Shown one piece after another: positions 60,218 to 64,000 of a stretch of DNA of 64,000 bases (the stretch's first letter is position 1; the number at the start of each line of letters is the position of its first letter). The DNA lies in assembly GCA_965206645.1 (NCBI GenBank), contig CBDBKE010000004.1, positions 896,001-960,000 on the forward strand, in the 5' to 3' direction. The stretch comes from Terriglobia bacterium (GTDB lineage: Bacteria; Acidobacteriota; Terriglobia; JAJPHL01; JAPKYU01). Position numbers and translations under genes: made by a program. Under the pieces are notes generated by a model. It searched no databases. It was given only the letters and a program-made list of their open reading frames with translations, and had not been told where the DNA came from.

Positions 60218-61574
60218 CTACTGGTGGATGAGACGAATCGGAATCAGCGATCCGCCAGAGCTCACGATTGTGGTGCCGCCACCGCCGCTGCCCCCGGTCG
60301 AGCCCTGGCACCCGGCTACGTTCAGGATGTAAGTGTCAACCGTTCCCTGCGGGTTTCTCTCCTCCTTAATGAAAACCTCCAGGAAGTCGACGATATTTAC
60401 TACGACGCTGGCCGGGCAAGAAGCGCCGGGACACAAAGTTGCCCCGTCATAGAGTGGGATGTTCACCACGGAATCGCTCGTGGAAATGACGGTGCCTTGC
60501 GGGACAAACGGATTGTTAAACCCGGCGAACATTGGAAAAGGAGGCGCGGGAGTCAAAGTATCCTGTCCGCCGCCCGAGCCTGGGCTTTGATGAATCAGGC
60601 ATTGGACACCCTGCCTGGTCGGCCCCACCATATTTCCGGTGATCGGCTGAATGGTCGTCGCGCCACAGGAGATGGTATTTTGGTTGCAACAGGCAATATT
60701 GTCACGGTATAGGGAGCCGCTACCGGCCCCCCCCCCCCGCCCCGCCGCCGCTCGCGCACGAGGAGCAGCTGGAAGGTAGGCCACCCGTGGGAAGGAATAC
60801 CGGATAGAATTTGCTCGATGCAGCCGCTTCATTTGGGCTACCCGGTTTGATCTGATGTAGCTGGCCAATTACGCCGCCGGGAGTAGCTCCGGGGTTCACG
60901 ATAGGGTTGGGGGGATTGGGATTTATGAAGTAAGAAGCGTACGAACTTCCAAGTCCTCCAGGTCCGCTAATAAGACAATTTGTGTTGGCGTTCGGGTCAC
61001 CGAAGTTCACCGGGTGCAATGCATCGCAATTCGGCAGAAGGAAAGGCTTCAAGCATTTCGCCCCCACGGAAACAGTCGTTGTGGACGATGCGGACGGGTT
61101 GAAAGCCTCCGCCGTTGCCGAGGCTCCGATATCGGCGGTCTGGATGCCGAAGATCTTGACGAAGAAAGTGGGCATGGGATTGCTGCGCGCAGACGTCCGT
61201 TCCACAACTACCGTAACGACCGGATTCCCCGGATTCGAGACGTCGATCGTCACATCACTGGGCAGAATGCTGACTGTCTGGTTACCCACTGAGTTGTGCC
61301 CACCAACGTCGATGGCCCTCTGGCGGGCTTTAACTATCGCCGCGGCGGTCAGCACCCCGCCGGACGTAGCGCCGGGAGCCGCGAACACCTTGGCGCCGGC
61401 CAGCGCGGCGGCGTCGGCCGCCCGCTGCGCCTCGCTGCGAGCGACATACAGCCCTGCCAGGTCAATGGCCAGCCCCGCCACGCCCAGCAGCATGACCATC
61501 CCGGCCGACAGCAGCACCAAAACAGCCCCGCGCTGAGCGCCGCATCCACTCCGTCCGCATTGACTTGCTGGCAT
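60218..61574 (-). pseudogene. TadG/TadE-like pilus assembly protein, frameshifted at a G12 tract
   Basis: QRGAVLVL..GLAIDL..EAQRAADAAALAGA. The frame stops at 60720, just after G12 (C12 at 60727-60738 on +); the continuation YRDNIACC..TGNMVGPTRQG..PIRLIHQ is in another frame. Confidence 0.85.
60727..60738. repeat. C12/G12 homopolymer
   Basis: Twelve consecutive C on the + strand; the longest homopolymer noticed in the window. Confidence 0.95.
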
Positions 61575-61894
61575 GATGTCCCTCCGCTAACTTAAGATTA
61601 GCCACGATGGCAGCCGTGGCAATGTTGATCGTTCCAGACCCTAGATTCAGGATCTTTGTCAAAGTACAAGCGGCCGCTAAGCCGGCAATAGACCGTTAGT
61701 CTCATTTTGCGTTGGTACTCCAGTCCTACAGGTCTTACCGGCTCGCAGGAGAGATGCTATTGGCGATCTTCCGTCATCTTTGGCTTTCACGAGCCATGGC
61801 GGTGATTACTGCCCAAGGGTAGGCAGAGTCCTCGCCATTGTCGGGTTGAAACGCGGGGGATTCGGACTCGATAGCGGATTTCCTAGATAAGTCC

Positions 61895-62131
61895 GACGAA
61901 GACGAACTGATCCTCCAGATGCTGGACAAGGCCTTGCGGAAGAGCGGCTACCAAACCTTCACGACCACCGACCCCTTTCAGGCGCGGCAAAGGCTCGATG
62001 AAACCAGCTTTGACGCCGCCACTTTGGACGTCAAGCTGGAGCGCATTAAGGCCCATGTTGCTAGGGTCAAGATCCTACGTCAGCTGCCCTGGTCGGCTCA
62101 AGTCAGATCGCCATGGCTCCTTTTGGCGTAG
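61895..62131 (+). pseudogene. Response regulator receiver-domain remnant
   Basis: DEDELILQMLDKALRKSGYQTFTTTDPFQA...FDAATLDVKL matches the first half of a REC domain; the N-terminal strand and C-terminal half are missing. Confidence 0.6.
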
Positions 62132-62310
62132 CATCGCGGCTCGATTGGTCGTTCTGCTGAGTTGGTAAGTCTGTCTTGCCCCACACCTGCCTACTGCTTT
62201 CATGTGGCGAAATCATTTCCGTTCGGCTGGCTGTGCGGTTTAGAATCGCGCTGGCAGGCAACCGAAATCGGAAATTCCTGCATAAAGGAGTTGCACCATG
62301 GGAGGCGGCC

Positions 62311-62436
62311 ATGAAACTCAGCGTTAAACGTATGGCCATTGCGGTCGGAGTCTTCTGGGGAGTCGTTGGAATGCTTCTCACTGGGTTGACGAATCTGGTT
62401 GCAGGCATTCGGTTCTTGTCGCGGAGATCGTTGTAG
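62311..62436 (+). CDS. Small membrane peptide, possibly a truncated membrane protein
   Basis: GGAGG RBS, then MKLSVKRMAIAVGVFWGVVGMLLTGLTNLVAG. Confidence 0.45.
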   Translation: MKLSVKRMAIAVGVFWGVVGMLLTGLTNLVAGIRFLSRRSL

Positions 62437-62473
62437 AATGTTGCCGCGCGCATCTGGTCCAGCGGGGACCTGT

Positions 62474-63112
62474 ATGGACGGACAGGAAAAGTTCGATTTG
62501 TCCACGTTTGTGCCCAACCTCAGAGGTTTATCTCCAGAAGATCAGCGGAACCGGGTACGAGAGGAGGTGACGCGAGTTGGCAAATTGGTGGTGCGGGAAC
62601 CGAGCCGAATGTTCGGCCAGCAGCTTTACCTCCAGCGCCTGAAGCGCCTGTCGAGGTTTCTGACGGGCAAGGACGTGACGAGCGAGTTAACGCCGTCAGA
62701 GATTCGGGCTTACAGGCTGCTTGCGGACAGCGCGTCGCAGTCCGCTCGCACCGCTGCACCCGTGGCGGCGCCTTCTGCCTCCGTGCCCACGGCAGAGGAG
62801 CGGGTGGACGCCAAGCTAGGAGGCCGAAAGGAGCATCGCAGGTCCCATCGGACGTTTATGAAAACGCGGGTTCGCATCCGCCGCGAGTCCGGTCCAGAGA
62901 CGGAGGTACTGGAGCCGGCGAATGTCTCGTGGGGCGGTATCAGCTTTGAAAGCACTCGGCAATATGACCTTCACGAAATCGTCCGGGTCAAGATGCACGA
63001 TCCCAACCTTCCCGATGGCGGCGGGATGGAAACGCGCTCCTTGATCGTGCGTGCCGTTCCGCTGCCGAAGTGGGATGCGTTTTCCTACGGCGTCAAGTTC
63101 CTGACCGCCTGA
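62474..63112 (+). CDS. PilZ-domain protein
   Basis: RRSHR (RxxxR), NVSWGG (D/NxSxxG), C-terminal YGVKF. Start uncertain. Confidence 0.8.
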   Translation: MDGQEKFDLSTFVPNLRGLSPEDQRNRVREEVTRVGKLVVREPSRMFGQQLYLQRLKRLSRFLTGKDVTSELTPSEIRAYRLLADSASQSARTAAPVAAPSASVPTAEERVDAKLGGRKEHRRSHRTFMKTRVRIRRESGPETEVLEPANVSWGGISFESTRQYDLHEIVRVKMHDPNLPDGGGMETRSLIVRAVPLPKWDAFSYGVKFLTA

Positions 63113-63245
63113 TTCGGGCCGCGCTCTCAGTTCTGCCTGCCCGGTGGAATCCGTCAACGTAGAAGAAAGGCCGCGATACGCAAACTTCCACCCGCCGCGA
63201 TAAGAGCCCGACTGTGCGGGGATTGCCAATTAGGCACGGTCTGTA

Positions 63246-64000
63246 CTACTCGGGACTGGGGAGGCGGGCGCGGAAGCTCACGCCGATTCCGGTCTTCTCC
63301 CCAACCTTCTCGCTCCGCGTCACGGTACCCCGCAGGTGCAGCACACTGGTCGAGCTGTCCTGGCCGATGGGTAGGTCGATTTCCGCTTCCAGTTCCGTGC
63401 CGATGTCCCACTCCTGGTCCACGACAAGGAAGGAGCCATCCAGGTTCAGGTCACTGAGCAAGGTCCTTTCGCTCTCATTCTGGTCCGCCCGGCGCAAGAG
63501 GGCACGAATGGGGTTTGCCAGCAGCACGCGATGGGAATACTGCTGCTCCATGCGGCCATGCAAGGTAGTCCCATTCTGTTTCCGATCCAGGCTGACCGTG
63601 GTCTCTTCCATCGGCGCGTGCACGCGCGGAAAACAAGCCTGCGCTTCGAGCAGCATCTTGTCCGGAAACAGGTCAGAATGGTCAGGATCGTGGTGGAAGA
63701 GCACCAACTCTTTGACGTTGGCGTCGCAAGCCGCCTGTATGCCTGCCATGAGCTGTGCCCCCAGCCGACGCGCGATTCGTATTCGGCCGGAGTGCACTGG
63801 CCATCGTAAACCAGTACGTCAGCCCCCTCGGCCAGTTTGTGGACACTGGCGTCGAAGGTGGGGTCGCCATGTTCGTGATCGGTGGCGTAGACGAACACAC
63901 CGGGTTCCGCCTCCACGCGGAACCCCAGGCAGCCCTGCGGATGGGTCAGGTGGCGGGAGACAATCTCCACATCGAACACCTTCCGCCGCTCTTCGCCGAT
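63246..64000 (-). pseudogene. MBL-fold hydrolase fused to a degenerate PilZ domain, frameshifted near 63740 (5' end outside the window)
   Basis: First frame: HPQGCLGFRV..YATDHE..DGQCT..GWGHSSW. Second frame: LVLFHHDP, then PilZ-like DLNLDG..LRGTVTR..GIGVSF. Confidence 0.75.

Overview
High-GC bacterial chromosome window; gene content and order suggest Acidobacteriota (inference, not verified). It is mostly housekeeping: 2-oxoacid:ferredoxin oxidoreductase alpha/beta, recR-ybaB-dnaX with the SRP RNA (ffs), an ETF/ETF-QO cluster, yceD-rpmF-fabD-fabG-acpP-fabF, metE, arsC, an acyl-CoA synthetase, an isocitrate dehydrogenase-family gene, pilT-recX-alaS, purB, selB, mutS2, an AtoE-family transporter, sixA and efp. 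Small foreign or variable pieces are embedded in it, and no integrase or transposase is visible. (1) A 1.8-kb lower-GC hydrolase cassette lies between 34-bp inverted repeats next to ffs. (2) A broken SIR2-TPR gene lies between two identical 100-bp copies of the 3' end of the ETF-QO gene. (3) alaS carries a ~400-bp in-frame low-GC patch. (4) An EF-P with a non-canonical PGNK loop is followed by a deoxyhypusine-synthase-like gene. (5) A decaying c-di-GMP/Tad region at the right end includes a G12 tract that frameshifts a TadG-like gene, and two unrelated genes there share a 74-bp leader. Degenerate 7-9-mer repeat arrays and short tandem duplications are scattered through the window. No tRNA, rRNA or CRISPR array was seen. 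Product calls come from motif recognition by eye, and GC values are hand counts of individual 60-nt lines.
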